Virus record (IMG/VR): IMGVR_UViG_3300047381_001220
DNA from: an uncultured virus (IMG/VR IMGVR_UViG_3300047381_001220)
Lineage: Duplodnaviria > Heunggongvirae > Uroviricota > Caudoviricetes
Strand: one strand, 5' to 3'
DNA length: 64,000 bases
Positions 29,645 through 40,080 of the stretch are shown piece after piece; within the stretch, counting starts at the first letter, position 1, and every line of letters begins with the position of its first letter. Below the pieces are notes generated by a model that searched no databases, was not told where the DNA came from, and saw only the letters and a program-made list of their open reading frames with translations. The position numbers and the translations under genes are program-made.

Positions 29645-30202
29645 ATGAAATATCTTTATCACACAGATAATAACTTGCAGTATGTATATTTTATTACACC
29701 AAAATGTGCGACTCGTACATTTTTCAATTTATTAAATTGTAATCCTGCAAAATATAGAAAATTTATTTCAGAATATAATGATTATTTTTCTTGGACATTC
29801 GTGAGAAATCCCTGGGATCGTCTAGTTTCTTCATACTTTAATAAAATAGTAGATAAATTTCAAAGTGGTCTTGTTTCGTGGAGGGGAAAGATTAAATCAT
29901 TTGAGGAATTTATTTTGGAAATTGAAAAAAATGATGTAATTGATTTAAAGTGTGACAGACATATTCGTAGTCTACATACATTCTTCCCATCTAATGTAAA
30001 TTTTGTAGGTAAATTTGAAAAACTCCAAGAAGACTTTAATTTAATTTGTGACAAAACTGGAATTCAGCAAAAAGAACTATTGGTTGAAAACAAATCAAGA
30101 CATAATCACTATACAGAATATTATAATGATAAAACTCGTTTAATAGTTGCTGAGAAATATGCAAAAGACATTGAATACTTTGGATATAAATTTGGGGAAT
30201 AG
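29645..30202 (+). CDS. Sulfotransferase (Sulfotransfer_2-like)
   Basis: TPKCATRT, RNPWDRLVSSY, DRH. Confidence 0.8.
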   Translation: MKYLYHTDNNLQYVYFITPKCATRTFFNLLNCNPAKYRKFISEYNDYFSWTFVRNPWDRLVSSYFNKIVDKFQSGLVSWRGKIKSFEEFILEIEKNDVIDLKCDRHIRSLHTFFPSNVNFVGKFEKLQEDFNLICDKTGIQQKELLVENKSRHNHYTEYYNDKTRLIVAEKYAKDIEYFGYKFGE

Positions 30203-30205
30203 TAA

Positions 30206-30943
30206 ATGAAACACATAATAACAGTACATCATAAGACTAACAAATGGATTGATTTACAAGTAAAGCAAATTGGTAAGCACATTTCAAATTGCAAAGTTTG
30301 GTCATATTGTGATGGGTTTGACATTTTACCACATAAGCATAAATTCGACTTTTGTGAAAATAGTAATATTGATATTATGAACGGAAGTTCTTTAAATCAT
30401 ATGGCAAAACTGAATAGTTTAACAGATAATGTATTAAAAAGTAAGGATGTGAATGAAAATGATTTATTGATTTGGTTAGATAGTGATGCGTTTCCTATCA
30501 AAGATTTAGATGAATACATTTCAAAAAAAATGTCAAGATATAATTTTATTGCAATAAATCGTCCAGAAAATGGTGGTGATAGAATTCCACACCCAAGTTT
30601 CACTTGCAGTACTGTGTCTTTTTGGAAAAAACATAACCTTAATTGGGATGGTTTGCCTGATATCAAAAAACATGGACTAAACGATACAGGTGGTTACATA
30701 TATAAAGTTCTTACATTAAAAAATATTGAATGGTATAAATTATTAAGAACAAGTTCTTTGACTAAACATGAAGTATTTTTTACAATTTACGATAATCTAA
30801 TTTACCATCATGGTGCTGGGACAAGACATCGTGGTAGGACTTCTGGAAACTGTAGAGGAGGTGATTTTGGTGCTACATATAACCAAAAAGAAATATTCAA
30901 AATGGTCAAAGAAAAAATTGAAAAAGAAACTTTTAATATTTAA
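30206..30943 (+). CDS. GT-A-like hypothetical protein
   Basis: WLDSDAFP, PHPSF, DTGG, IYHHGAG. Confidence 0.5.
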   Translation: MKHIITVHHKTNKWIDLQVKQIGKHISNCKVWSYCDGFDILPHKHKFDFCENSNIDIMNGSSLNHMAKLNSLTDNVLKSKDVNENDLLIWLDSDAFPIKDLDEYISKKMSRYNFIAINRPENGGDRIPHPSFTCSTVSFWKKHNLNWDGLPDIKKHGLNDTGGYIYKVLTLKNIEWYKLLRTSSLTKHEVFFTIYDNLIYHHGAGTRHRGRTSGNCRGGDFGATYNQKEIFKMVKEKIEKETFNI

Positions 30944-30948
30944 TTTTT

Positions 30949-31563
30949 ATGATTGATCAGGAATATAAATTTATATTTGTTCATATACCAAGAACTGGTG
31001 GAACAAGTATAGAAAAACTTTTGTTTAAGGGTTCAAACGATTACAAAGAATGGTTGGGATACAATTCGGAATACAAATTATTTGCTCAACACGCAACAAT
31101 CAAGCAATTAAAAAACGAGTTAAATGTTCGAGTTGATGACTATTTTAAATTTACAATCATTAGAAATCCTTATGAAAGAGCAGTTTCTGATTACTTCTGG
31201 CTTTCTAAACGGAAATTGTCACACCCAACCTCATTTAAAGACTATTTATTACTACGTAATGGATTTGAAAAACTTAATCATCTGAGAGACGAGACTGGTC
31301 GTGGGGATCATTTTCTCACGCAATTTCAGTTTATTGAAATTGAGGGCAAACTGGAAATTGATTTTATTATAAGATTTGAAAACCTCCAAACTGACTTCAA
31401 TGTTGTCTGCGACAAAATTGGAATTCCGAAACAACAACTTCCACATGATCACAAATCAAAACACAAACATTATACCGAATACTACGATGAAGAAACAAAA
31501 CAAATTGTTGCGGAAAAATTCTCAAAAGACATTGAGTATTTCGGGTATGAATTTGGAAAATGA
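30949..31563 (+). CDS. Sulfotransferase (Sulfotransfer_2-like), close paralogue of 29006..29641
   Basis: FVHIPRTGGTS, LFAQHAT, RNPYERAVSDYFW, GRGDHF. Confidence 0.85.
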   Translation: MIDQEYKFIFVHIPRTGGTSIEKLLFKGSNDYKEWLGYNSEYKLFAQHATIKQLKNELNVRVDDYFKFTIIRNPYERAVSDYFWLSKRKLSHPTSFKDYLLLRNGFEKLNHLRDETGRGDHFLTQFQFIEIEGKLEIDFIIRFENLQTDFNVVCDKIGIPKQQLPHDHKSKHKHYTEYYDEETKQIVAEKFSKDIEYFGYEFGK

Positions 31564-31566
31564 GTA

Positions 31567-32253
31567 ATGATAAGTCATACACATAAATTTATATTTATTC
31601 AAATTCCAAAGACTGCGTGTACATCTGTTCAAAATGCATTACACAAATACGGGTGTGGTGGTGTGGATCACGGTAAAGATTTTTGGAACAAAACCAGTTT
31701 CAAGCATATTAAGTATAGTGAACTAGAAAAAAAATTAAATATGGATATCTTAAATTCATACTTTAAATTTACATTTGTCAGAAATCCATTTGATTGGTTG
31801 GTATCGAATTATCATTACAGTCGTGGACTTCATATCCCTTACTTAAAACGAAATATTTCTGATAAAAATAAAAATATAATTTATGATGAAAATTTAAATT
31901 GTATAAATGTAGTAAAAGCAAATCGTAAAAAATTTAATGCAATGAAGATTTCATCTATGGAATTTAAAGACTGGATTCGTTGGTATGTTAGAAATATACA
32001 TGGGACTCAGTTCGAGATGTTTCAGAATAAAGACAAAAAAAATTGCATGGACATCGTTGGCAAGGTTGAAAACTTACAAAAAGACTTTGACTTAATATGT
32101 GAAAAACTTAGAATATCAGATTTAAAACTATCCCATGAAAACAAAACTAATCACGATCACTACACAACATATTACGATAGTAAAACACGTGATTTTGTTT
32201 TGAAAAATTATTATGAAGATTTAAATTACTTTAATTATAAATTCGAGGATTAG
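31567..32253 (+). CDS. Sulfotransferase (Sulfotransfer_2-like)
   Basis: FIQIPKTACTS, RNPFDWLVS. Confidence 0.85.
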   Translation: MISHTHKFIFIQIPKTACTSVQNALHKYGCGGVDHGKDFWNKTSFKHIKYSELEKKLNMDILNSYFKFTFVRNPFDWLVSNYHYSRGLHIPYLKRNISDKNKNIIYDENLNCINVVKANRKKFNAMKISSMEFKDWIRWYVRNIHGTQFEMFQNKDKKNCMDIVGKVENLQKDFDLICEKLRISDLKLSHENKTNHDHYTTYYDSKTRDFVLKNYYEDLNYFNYKFED

Positions 32254-32257
32254 AATT

Positions 32258-32998
32258 TTGAAAAACAATACCATAGTTTTTAGTTGCACAGATAAGAATT
32301 ATATGAAACTTGCCGTCTTTTGGGCAGAGTTTTTAGAAAGTTTAAAAATTTATTATATGATTTATTGCGTTGATAATGAGAGTTTTGAATATCTTAAAAA
32401 AAATAAAATATCATGTGAAAATATTAGAACAAGTGAAACATATAATTTTAAAAAAATTGATTTATTACGATTTGAATTAATAATAGATTTATTAAAAACA
32501 TATGATAGTGTTGTATATTCTGATTTAGATGCAATTTGGTTGGAAAATCCACTTCAAAAAATAAATTATCAAAATTGTGATGCTAATTTGTCTACTGCAA
32601 CGCATATTCATGCGTGTCCTTGGCGAGTAAGGGATATTTGGGGATTTACATTTTGTACGGGATGGATGCAATATAAAAGGACAATGCGTGAGTTAATTTC
32701 ATATTTCGTAAAAAATTATACTTCATTTAAGGGAAACGGTCAGGCAAAATTTAATCACTTTTTATTTTCACTAAACCATGAATATAACGAACATACCCAT
32801 TTTAATTTTTATTTTGATGGCGGTGTAAAGTATATAAACGATTTGAATCAATCAATAATTTCGAGAAGAAAACAAGAGTATTATTTAGAAAATAATGAAA
32901 TAGATTTTTCGTCGGTGGAGCACCCAATATTAGGAACTGCACACGATCAAATGCAAAAAATAAAAGTTATTAAGGATATTTATATAAATGATAAGTGA
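32258..32998 (+). CDS. Nucleotide-diphospho-sugar transferase (GT77-like)
   Basis: VVYSDLDAIWLENP, FCTGW; TTG start. Confidence 0.6.
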   Translation: MKNNTIVFSCTDKNYMKLAVFWAEFLESLKIYYMIYCVDNESFEYLKKNKISCENIRTSETYNFKKIDLLRFELIIDLLKTYDSVVYSDLDAIWLENPLQKINYQNCDANLSTATHIHACPWRVRDIWGFTFCTGWMQYKRTMRELISYFVKNYTSFKGNGQAKFNHFLFSLNHEYNEHTHFNFYFDGGVKYINDLNQSIISRRKQEYYLENNEIDFSSVEHPILGTAHDQMQKIKVIKDIYINDK

Positions 32999-33584
32999 AG
33001 ACCCAAAATTTATTTTTGTTGGTCCACAAAAGACGGGATCAACATCTGTGGTAAAGTCACTTTTGCCATATTGTAAGATAGTAAGAAAAATAGAGCAAAG
33101 AAAAGAAAATTTTGATGTAAAATTTGTAATTGGGGCAGACGGTGTTCTTGGTGATAAGCACACACCGTTGGCAAGATACTTCAAAGAGTTTAAAAAATCA
33201 AACTTAGACATAGAATCGTATTTTAAAATTGCAACTGTAAGAAATCCTTTTTCAAGATTAGTTTCTTACTACAATTGGAAGAGTAAAGTACATTCAAAAT
33301 TTAATTTCGATGAGATACAACACTGGGGAAGAATTAAACCTTTGGTGAAATATATTTCTTACGAAGATAAAGTAAGGACCGACTTTTTAATAAAAACAGA
33401 AAATTTGACTGAAGATTTTGAAAGATTGTGTAATATATTAAAAATTTCCCCAGAACCAATTGACCACATAAATAAAACAAAAGAAGTAGATTATACAAAA
33501 TATTATAATAACAAAACTAGAAAATATGTTGAAGAATTTTATTCAGATGATTTGAAAATGCTAGGTTACAAGTTTGGGGATTAA
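32988..33584 (+). CDS. Sulfotransferase (Sulfotransfer_2-like)
   Basis: FVGPQKTGSTS, RNPFSRLVSYY. Confidence 0.8.
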   Translation: MISEDPKFIFVGPQKTGSTSVVKSLLPYCKIVRKIEQRKENFDVKFVIGADGVLGDKHTPLARYFKEFKKSNLDIESYFKIATVRNPFSRLVSYYNWKSKVHSKFNFDEIQHWGRIKPLVKYISYEDKVRTDFLIKTENLTEDFERLCNILKISPEPIDHINKTKEVDYTKYYNNKTRKYVEEFYSDDLKMLGYKFGD

Positions 33585-33595
33585 AACTAATTAAA

Positions 33596-34441
33596 ATGAG
33601 ATTTTTGACCTTAAAAAAGAATTCTGTATCAGATGGAATGTGTTCACAGCTGATGAGAAGGTTGCGAATTTGGGGGTATTGTTTATTACATAAAGAAGCA
33701 TTTACTTATGTTCATTCACAAATAACAAAGGTAGCACATGGTGTGAGTGCAGATGAAGTAGAAACTTTTTTTAACTTAGGATATGATGAAATTAGTATTG
33801 AAAAATGTAAAAGTGAAGATTTAGAATATAGAAGTGGACGATACGGAGACAATGTTGAATGCAGTAGGTATTTCAAACTAAATCCAGAAAAATACAATCT
33901 AGTCAGAGATGAACTTCTTGCCAAAATGAGTATTACAGGTAAACCAAAATTAGAGTTTGATTCTAAAAAAAATAAAATTGCTGTTCATATACGTCGTGGT
34001 GATATTTGCAATAACGATGAACTTTTTTCCAAAAAAGCCTGTTCGGATGAATATTACATAAAGGCAATTGAAAACGTTTTGCAACGTGAAACAAAAAAAG
34101 AATCTGAGATCTATATTTATTCAGAAAATGTGTATAACAATAACGCACTCAAGGGTATTGACATTTTTAAAAAAATAAAAAATACTAAAAAGTTTAAATC
34201 AAAAATTTTTATTGACACTTGCCCATTTCATTCTTTGTGGCATATGATAAATTCAGATTATTTAGTAACAAGTCATGGTGCTTATAGTGAGTTTGCATCT
34301 ATATTATGTAGAGGTAAGGTGCTTGTACCTGATAAAAGTGTAAATTCACAATATAATAGGTCTCTGTATAATAGTGAGTACATAAAAGTGGTAGATGATG
34401 TGAGTTTAGATGGATTAAATTATTTTTATGAGGAAAGTTGA
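33596..34441 (+). CDS. Fucosyltransferase-like (GT11/GT23-related) protein
   Basis: DGMCSQ, IAVHIRRGD, IYSE, SDYLVTS. Confidence 0.6.
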   Translation: MRFLTLKKNSVSDGMCSQLMRRLRIWGYCLLHKEAFTYVHSQITKVAHGVSADEVETFFNLGYDEISIEKCKSEDLEYRSGRYGDNVECSRYFKLNPEKYNLVRDELLAKMSITGKPKLEFDSKKNKIAVHIRRGDICNNDELFSKKACSDEYYIKAIENVLQRETKKESEIYIYSENVYNNNALKGIDIFKKIKNTKKFKSKIFIDTCPFHSLWHMINSDYLVTSHGAYSEFASILCRGKVLVPDKSVNSQYNRSLYNSEYIKVVDDVSLDGLNYFYEES

Positions 34442-35237
34442 AATGAAAATTGCAGTAATTATGTCAGGATATATTAAGAATTATGATCATTTGTTAAACT
34501 GGGGTGGGTTATTAAATTCACTTGAAGGTTTTGATTTTAAAATATTTGGATGTTGTTATGATAGGTATGTAAATGCTCGTACATGGGCATCTGATGTTGA
34601 TTTAAGTAATTCACCTATGTTAGATTTTGATTTCGTTGATAAATTTTATACTAAAATAAAGTATGTATCTGAAGAATCATCTGAGCATTGTAATGAAAAT
34701 CGTATATATAAGCAATGGAAAAATGTTAAAGATGGATTGACTTTATGTAAAGAATATGAAAAAGAAAATTCATTAAAATTTGATTTAATATTTCGTTCAA
34801 GACCTGATATAAATTTAAATTATTTAACTCCAAATGAACTAATAGAAATTTTTGAAAATTTCAATAATTCAGAATCATGGGATGTGGTATGGAAAAAAGA
34901 TTGGGAAGTTTTAGGTAGAAATCAAATTATGACAGAGATACTGAGTCTTGTAGATTATTATCATGAATACCATAATCTACCTTGTTTTATTGAAAAGGCA
35001 GAAAAACATAAAAAAAGTGAAAAACATAAAAAAAGTGGAGTCAGGTTTTCAATGGAATCCGAGGCACTACTTCATTATCACATAAAAAACCAATGCCAGA
35101 TTAATGGACTTAAATTTAAAAGAAAACATTGGTCTCGTATTCGTAGATCATACTTACATAGATCATATGGCACATATAATAAAATGTTAAAAAATATTGA
35201 GATGTTTAATTCAAAATTTCCAAAAAATATAAAATGA
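34428..35237 (+). CDS. Hypothetical glycan-associated protein
   Basis: MKIAVIMSG, FDLIFRSRPD, E.LL..H; start may be ATG 34443. Confidence 0.45.
   Translation: MRKVEMKIAVIMSGYIKNYDHLLNWGGLLNSLEGFDFKIFGCCYDRYVNARTWASDVDLSNSPMLDFDFVDKFYTKIKYVSEESSEHCNENRIYKQWKNVKDGLTLCKEYEKENSLKFDLIFRSRPDINLNYLTPNELIEIFENFNNSESWDVVWKKDWEVLGRNQIMTEILSLVDYYHEYHNLPCFIEKAEKHKKSEKHKKSGVRFSMESEALLHYHIKNQCQINGLKFKRKHWSRIRRSYLHRSYGTYNKMLKNIEMFNSKFPKNIK
35001..35036 (+). repeat. Perfect 18-bp in-frame tandem duplication (EKHKKS x2)
   Basis: GAAAAACATAAAAAAAGT twice. Confidence 0.9.
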
Positions 35238-35788
35238 TAAGTCACAAATTAAAATTTATATTTGTCCATGTTCCAAAGACAGGTGGGGTATCTGTACAAA
35301 GTCAATTAAGGGAATATACAGAGGAGTGGTATGGTAGGCATAATCGTATAGGTTTTTACAATACTAAATCTCAAACAGATTTATGTGATTATTTCAAATT
35401 TACAATGGTAAGAAATCCTTGGTGCAGAATTGTTTCATGTTATCACTTTTTAAAAAAATCTGATGTAATTCCAAATGTGACATTTACAGAGTGGATTACT
35501 CAAAAAAAATGTGATTCTTTTAAAACTAGATGGGAATGTAAAAGTTCATTGGATTGGATTACAATCAAAGGACATAATAAAATGGATTTCGTAGGTAGAT
35601 TTGAAAATTTAGAAAGTGACTTTAAAATAATTTGTGAAAGAATAGGAATTGATAATAAAAAACTACCCCATGTTAATAAGAGTAATCATAAAGATTATCA
35701 ATCTTATTATGATGATACAACTCAGCAAATTGTCAAAAATAGGTATATTGATGAAATACTACAATTTGGTTATAGGTTTGAGAAATAA
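35234..35788 (+). CDS. Sulfotransferase (Sulfotransfer_2-like)
   Basis: FVHVPKTGGVS, RNPWCRIVS. Confidence 0.85.
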   Translation: MISHKLKFIFVHVPKTGGVSVQSQLREYTEEWYGRHNRIGFYNTKSQTDLCDYFKFTMVRNPWCRIVSCYHFLKKSDVIPNVTFTEWITQKKCDSFKTRWECKSSLDWITIKGHNKMDFVGRFENLESDFKIICERIGIDNKKLPHVNKSNHKDYQSYYDDTTQQIVKNRYIDEILQFGYRFEK

Positions 35789-35790
35789 TA

Positions 35791-36576
35791 ATGAAACCTA
35801 AATTATCAATAGTTGTTAGTGGTAATAAAGATTATTTTACTAAGGAACCGTATGCCCCAATAAAAGCACTTCAAAGCTTTCGTAATAATTTCGGTGACAA
35901 TGCAGATTACTTTTGTATATGTGATGATGATAGTGAAAGTATAAACGAAATCATACATAAGAATGGATTTAAATTATTACACTCTGACAAGTTAAAAAAA
36001 TTTGACAAAGAGCATCATGGTCATCCTGGTGGAAATTTTCCGTCTGCTTGTTGTTATCTATTTTTAGCACACGAACTTATGTTTGAACTTGGGTATGAAT
36101 ATACATTATGCGTAGATGGTGATGTATATTGTAATTCTGTATTTAAATTACCGAACAATCTAAAGTCATTTCATTTTGCCGGATTACACGAACCTCCTAA
36201 AAATGAAAATTCGGAAATTAATACAGGAATTATTTTCTTTAATAATAGTAAGTGTGTGCAAGATAATTTGTTAAATGGGATAATGCATTTATATAAAAGT
36301 AATGAATATTCAAGTGACCAACAATTGTTTAATGATTTAATAAGTAAAGGTGAGTTTAAATTGCTTGAACTGCACTATACATATCATATAATCTTCAGAG
36401 TGGAGAAGATGATGAAAATGTCAGATTACGGATTAAAGATGTTCAATTGTAGATATGAAGATGCTAAAATGGTTCATTTCGTAAGAGGAAAACCGTGGTT
36501 AAACAGAAAAAATAGTAATTATCCTATTAAAAATCACTTTGCTTCTTTGTACAATAATTTAAAAATAGAAACATAA
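35791..36576 (+). CDS. GT8 glycosyltransferase
   Basis: CVDGD, INTGI, SDQQLFN, VHFVRGKPW. Confidence 0.8.
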   Translation: MKPKLSIVVSGNKDYFTKEPYAPIKALQSFRNNFGDNADYFCICDDDSESINEIIHKNGFKLLHSDKLKKFDKEHHGHPGGNFPSACCYLFLAHELMFELGYEYTLCVDGDVYCNSVFKLPNNLKSFHFAGLHEPPKNENSEINTGIIFFNNSKCVQDNLLNGIMHLYKSNEYSSDQQLFNDLISKGEFKLLELHYTYHIIFRVEKMMKMSDYGLKMFNCRYEDAKMVHFVRGKPWLNRKNSNYPIKNHFASLYNNLKIET

Positions 36577-36596
36577 AACACACATATATATAAAAA

Positions 36597-37682
36597 GTGG
36601 ATTCTAAACTTAAAAAATTTGAAAATATATTAGTTTTGCCCTGGGAAAGTAAGTACAAGTGGGTTAAACCAGTTGGTGGTCCAATCTACCCTGAATGGGA
36701 CTCTCATGTAGATATAAGACATATACGATGTGGTGAAACTTGGGATACATACCCAACGGAACTACCAAACTTAGATAATATTGAAACTTATCATGGTGAA
36801 GTTTATTACGGTGGAAATTTAAAAGAGCATTTTGGTCATTTTATTCAGGAGTATTTAAGTAGATGTGTTAAATATAAAAATCTAATTAAACGAAATGTAA
36901 ATGCAAAACTATGTTTGACTGGAGATTCAAATCAAACTTGGGATAAAATACCGTCTTATATAAAAGAAATTTTAAATTTTTTTGGATTTGACAAAACTAA
37001 TGTATTATTGGTGAATAAACCTCTCATTTGTAAAAAACTATTTACGACATCACAAGAAGAATATTTGGGAAAAACAGAACTTACCTCTCTTGATTATATA
37101 GATATTCTAGATAAAAATTTTAAACCTAAACCAAAAAAGGAAAGGTCTGGAATGTTCTTTATTTCTAGGAAAAATGTTTCGTATGATAAAGGAGGTCTGC
37201 TGGGTGAGTCGTATATAGAAGAAATATTAAAAAAACTAAATTATAAGATTATATATCCAGAAAAAATATCAGTACGAGATCAAATTGAAATATATTCCTC
37301 TGCAAGTAAATTAATATTTGTTGAGGGTTCTGCTATACATGGTTTGCAATTACTTGGTCGTAATGAGGTAGATGTTACTATATTTTCAAGAAGAAAGGAT
37401 GAAAAGTTTGCATTGGGTGAATTGAGTCCAAGAGTCTCAAAATTAAACTACATAGACGTGGATAGCACCGTTCATAGAATTTATAGGAGACGAGATAAAA
37501 CAAAATTTCTTACCGCAACGGGTGGTGCAAAGTCGTTTGGTATACCAGCACAGGGTCAAACTAAAAACTTCTTAAGTAAAATATCAAGAGAGCAACAAGA
37601 AAAAATAAATTTTTCAATAGACGAACTGCATGAACGAATAATCCGTGATTACAAGAAGTATGTAAATTATTTAGATATATGA
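36597..37682 (+). CDS. GT61 (DUF563)-like glycosyltransferase
   Basis: HFGHFIQE, FISR, YPEK.S..DQI, EGSAIH. Confidence 0.7.
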   Translation: MDSKLKKFENILVLPWESKYKWVKPVGGPIYPEWDSHVDIRHIRCGETWDTYPTELPNLDNIETYHGEVYYGGNLKEHFGHFIQEYLSRCVKYKNLIKRNVNAKLCLTGDSNQTWDKIPSYIKEILNFFGFDKTNVLLVNKPLICKKLFTTSQEEYLGKTELTSLDYIDILDKNFKPKPKKERSGMFFISRKNVSYDKGGLLGESYIEEILKKLNYKIIYPEKISVRDQIEIYSSASKLIFVEGSAIHGLQLLGRNEVDVTIFSRRKDEKFALGELSPRVSKLNYIDVDSTVHRIYRRRDKTKFLTATGGAKSFGIPAQGQTKNFLSKISREQQEKINFSIDELHERIIRDYKKYVNYLDI

Positions 37683-38419
37683 AAAATAAGCAAAAATATC
37701 CAGACTTTATTGGAGTGGGGTTTACGAAGTGTGGTACGACTGCATTTGCTCAAAATCTAAATCAACATCCAAATATTTCAATTCCGAAAAATGCCTTGAC
37801 TAATAGATATGAATTTGATTTTTTCCGTCCACCAAATCAACATTCATCTAAAATACACCTTGGTATTGACTGGTATAAAAGTCATTTTTTGGATGATGGA
37901 AAAGTGCATGGAGAGTTTTCACCTAACTATGCAATACAACATCACCTTACTGCAACAACTATAAAAAGATTTATTGATACTGATTTGAAAATAATTTTTT
38001 TGGTTAGGAATCCAGCCGACAGAATTTTTTCTTGGTATAATTTCTGCAAAGAATTATATCCAAAAGACTGGATGAATTTTGATGTAAACGAAAGTTTCAT
38101 GGAAAATTTTAGAAATAATAAGTCATTTAAAGAGACAATCTACATTGATGTTATCAAAAGTTACGAAAAAGTATTTTCAAAAAATAATATCTTAGTTGTA
38201 GTTCAAGAAAAATTAATTTCAAATCCTAAACAAGAATTCAAAAAAATTTTTAAATACCTAAATGTTTCTGACTTTCCTATAATGAATAGAAAAGTAAATA
38301 AAACAAAGTATGTTGATGTATTAAACAATGATGATAGAAAATTTTGTATGGACTTCTATCGTAATAAAAATGAAGAATTGTTTGAATACTTGGGATATGA
38401 AATTTCAGAGTGGATTTGA
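37679..38419 (+). CDS. Sulfotransferase (Sulfotransfer_1 / heparan-sulfate ST-like)
   Basis: PDFIGVGFTKCGTT, LNQHP, GEFSPNY, LVRNPADR..S. Confidence 0.85.
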   Translation: MKNKQKYPDFIGVGFTKCGTTAFAQNLNQHPNISIPKNALTNRYEFDFFRPPNQHSSKIHLGIDWYKSHFLDDGKVHGEFSPNYAIQHHLTATTIKRFIDTDLKIIFLVRNPADRIFSWYNFCKELYPKDWMNFDVNESFMENFRNNKSFKETIYIDVIKSYEKVFSKNNILVVVQEKLISNPKQEFKKIFKYLNVSDFPIMNRKVNKTKYVDVLNNDDRKFCMDFYRNKNEELFEYLGYEISEWI

Positions 38420-38420
38420 C

Positions 38421-39266
38421 ATGAAAGATAAACTTTATATGGCAATTGATGAACCCCACTACGATGGTATGACTTCTCAACTTTACAGGCAAGTGATGTT
38501 ATGGGTATACTGTAATCTAAACAATCTGAATTTTGTATATATACCTTTTAAAAAAATTGCACACAATTGCGATCCAACAGATGCTGAACAATTTTTTAAT
38601 TTTGGCCAAGGTGAATTGAGAGAGCATGAAGTTGATGAAAAAATTAATTATTGCTTTGTACCTAAATTTGATACAGACATATCGTATGAAGATATATCTA
38701 AAAACTTGGATTACTTTGAAAATTTTTCTAATCAATTTTGGAATAAACTAAGAAAAACAAAAAAACCAAATCTTATTTATGATAAAAATTATGTCAATGT
38801 TGCAGTTCACGTAAGACGTGGTGATATATTAGAACATCAGAAAGATTTTGGGTGGAAGTTTCACTCAGATGAATATTTTATATCAACAATGTATAAATTA
38901 AAAAAACAAAATGAGAATATTAGATTTTATATTTTCTCAGAAGATGTGACTAGCAAATCATTAAAAAAATTTCCGAACTATTTTAAGAATTGCGATATTT
39001 TTAGTAAGTTTAAGAAAATTAATGATTTGGATATAAAACTGATAATTGATGGGTGTCCATATTTTGCACTTTGGCATCTTTTTAATTCTGACATTTTAAT
39101 TGCAAGCAAAGGATGCTTTAGTGGATTACCGATATTATTTCATACAGGAAAAATTGTAGTGCCTCGGGGAAGAATATTTAGTAAGAAAAAAAACTTAACA
39201 TATAGCATTGATCCAACTTCTGAACTTAACTTTAGTTATTATGAAAATAAAATATATAAAATTTGA
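38421..39266 (+). CDS. Fucosyltransferase-like protein, paralogue of 33596..34441
   Basis: DGMTSQ, VAVHVRRGD, SDEYF, LWHL.NSDILIAS; ATG 38421. Confidence 0.6.
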   Translation: MKDKLYMAIDEPHYDGMTSQLYRQVMLWVYCNLNNLNFVYIPFKKIAHNCDPTDAEQFFNFGQGELREHEVDEKINYCFVPKFDTDISYEDISKNLDYFENFSNQFWNKLRKTKKPNLIYDKNYVNVAVHVRRGDILEHQKDFGWKFHSDEYFISTMYKLKKQNENIRFYIFSEDVTSKSLKKFPNYFKNCDIFSKFKKINDLDIKLIIDGCPYFALWHLFNSDILIASKGCFSGLPILFHTGKIVVPRGRIFSKKKNLTYSIDPTSELNFSYYENKIYKI

Positions 39267-40068
39267 TTGTCCCGATGGAATTGGTAGTCAAATCATAATG
39301 TACGACAAAATTATTAGATTTTCAAAAAAATATAATTTGGTACCTGTAATTGATTTTTCTACTATGTGCTACTTTAGAGGAAAAAAGTTTGGTTTTGATA
39401 AAAGTATATTTGACAAATTATTTACAATTCACACTGACATTGTTTACGATCCTGATGTGGTTAATGAAATTGACGATGATAAAGTTTTAAAAATCAAAAA
39501 TAAAAAAAAATTTATTTTAAATTGTGAAAGTGAATATGAAAGTTTACTAAATCATTTTTACAAATTTAAGTTCAAAGGTGATGTTAAATTATTTCTAAAA
39601 CCAAACATGGATTTAAAACCTTTATGCACTGAAATAAAAAATTGTACAGGAGTCCATATTAGATTTGGTAATGGAGAATTTGAAAATCATGGTTTTCATA
39701 GAAAAATTAATAAATTTTTACTTGATGAAAAAATAGATAATATCTTTTCAAAAAATAATTCATTTTATGTTTGCTCTGATACTAAATCCTTATTGGATGA
39801 AATAAAATTAAAATATGATAAAAAAATTATATTATATGATCGTATACATATGGATGCTGGACTCGGACCTGGACATAATGTAAAACCAAAGTACAAAGGT
39901 AACTTTAAAAAAGAAACAGAACATGAAATTTTAAGAGATGCAGTTGTAGAGATACTATTATTGGCCAAAACAAAAAAAGTATACCACACTGGAGGTTGTT
40001 TTCCGGAATATGCAATCAGAATGGGAGTAGAACATCAAAAATTATTTGAGTGGAAGTGGGATAATTAA
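39241..40068 (+). CDS. NodZ-like fucosyltransferase
   Basis: DGIGSQ, GVHIRFGNGE, YVCSD, AVVEILLLA. Confidence 0.6.
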   Translation: MKIKYIKFDCPDGIGSQIIMYDKIIRFSKKYNLVPVIDFSTMCYFRGKKFGFDKSIFDKLFTIHTDIVYDPDVVNEIDDDKVLKIKNKKKFILNCESEYESLLNHFYKFKFKGDVKLFLKPNMDLKPLCTEIKNCTGVHIRFGNGEFENHGFHRKINKFLLDEKIDNIFSKNNSFYVCSDTKSLLDEIKLKYDKKIILYDRIHMDAGLGPGHNVKPKYKGNFKKETEHEILRDAVVEILLLAKTKKVYHTGGCFPEYAIRMGVEHQKLFEWKWDN

Positions 40069-40075
40069 TATTTAT
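40068..40075 (+). promoter_or_regulatory. ATATTTAT putative phage promoter element
   Basis: 5 nt before ATG 40081. Confidence 0.6.
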
Positions 40076-40080
40076 ATGTT

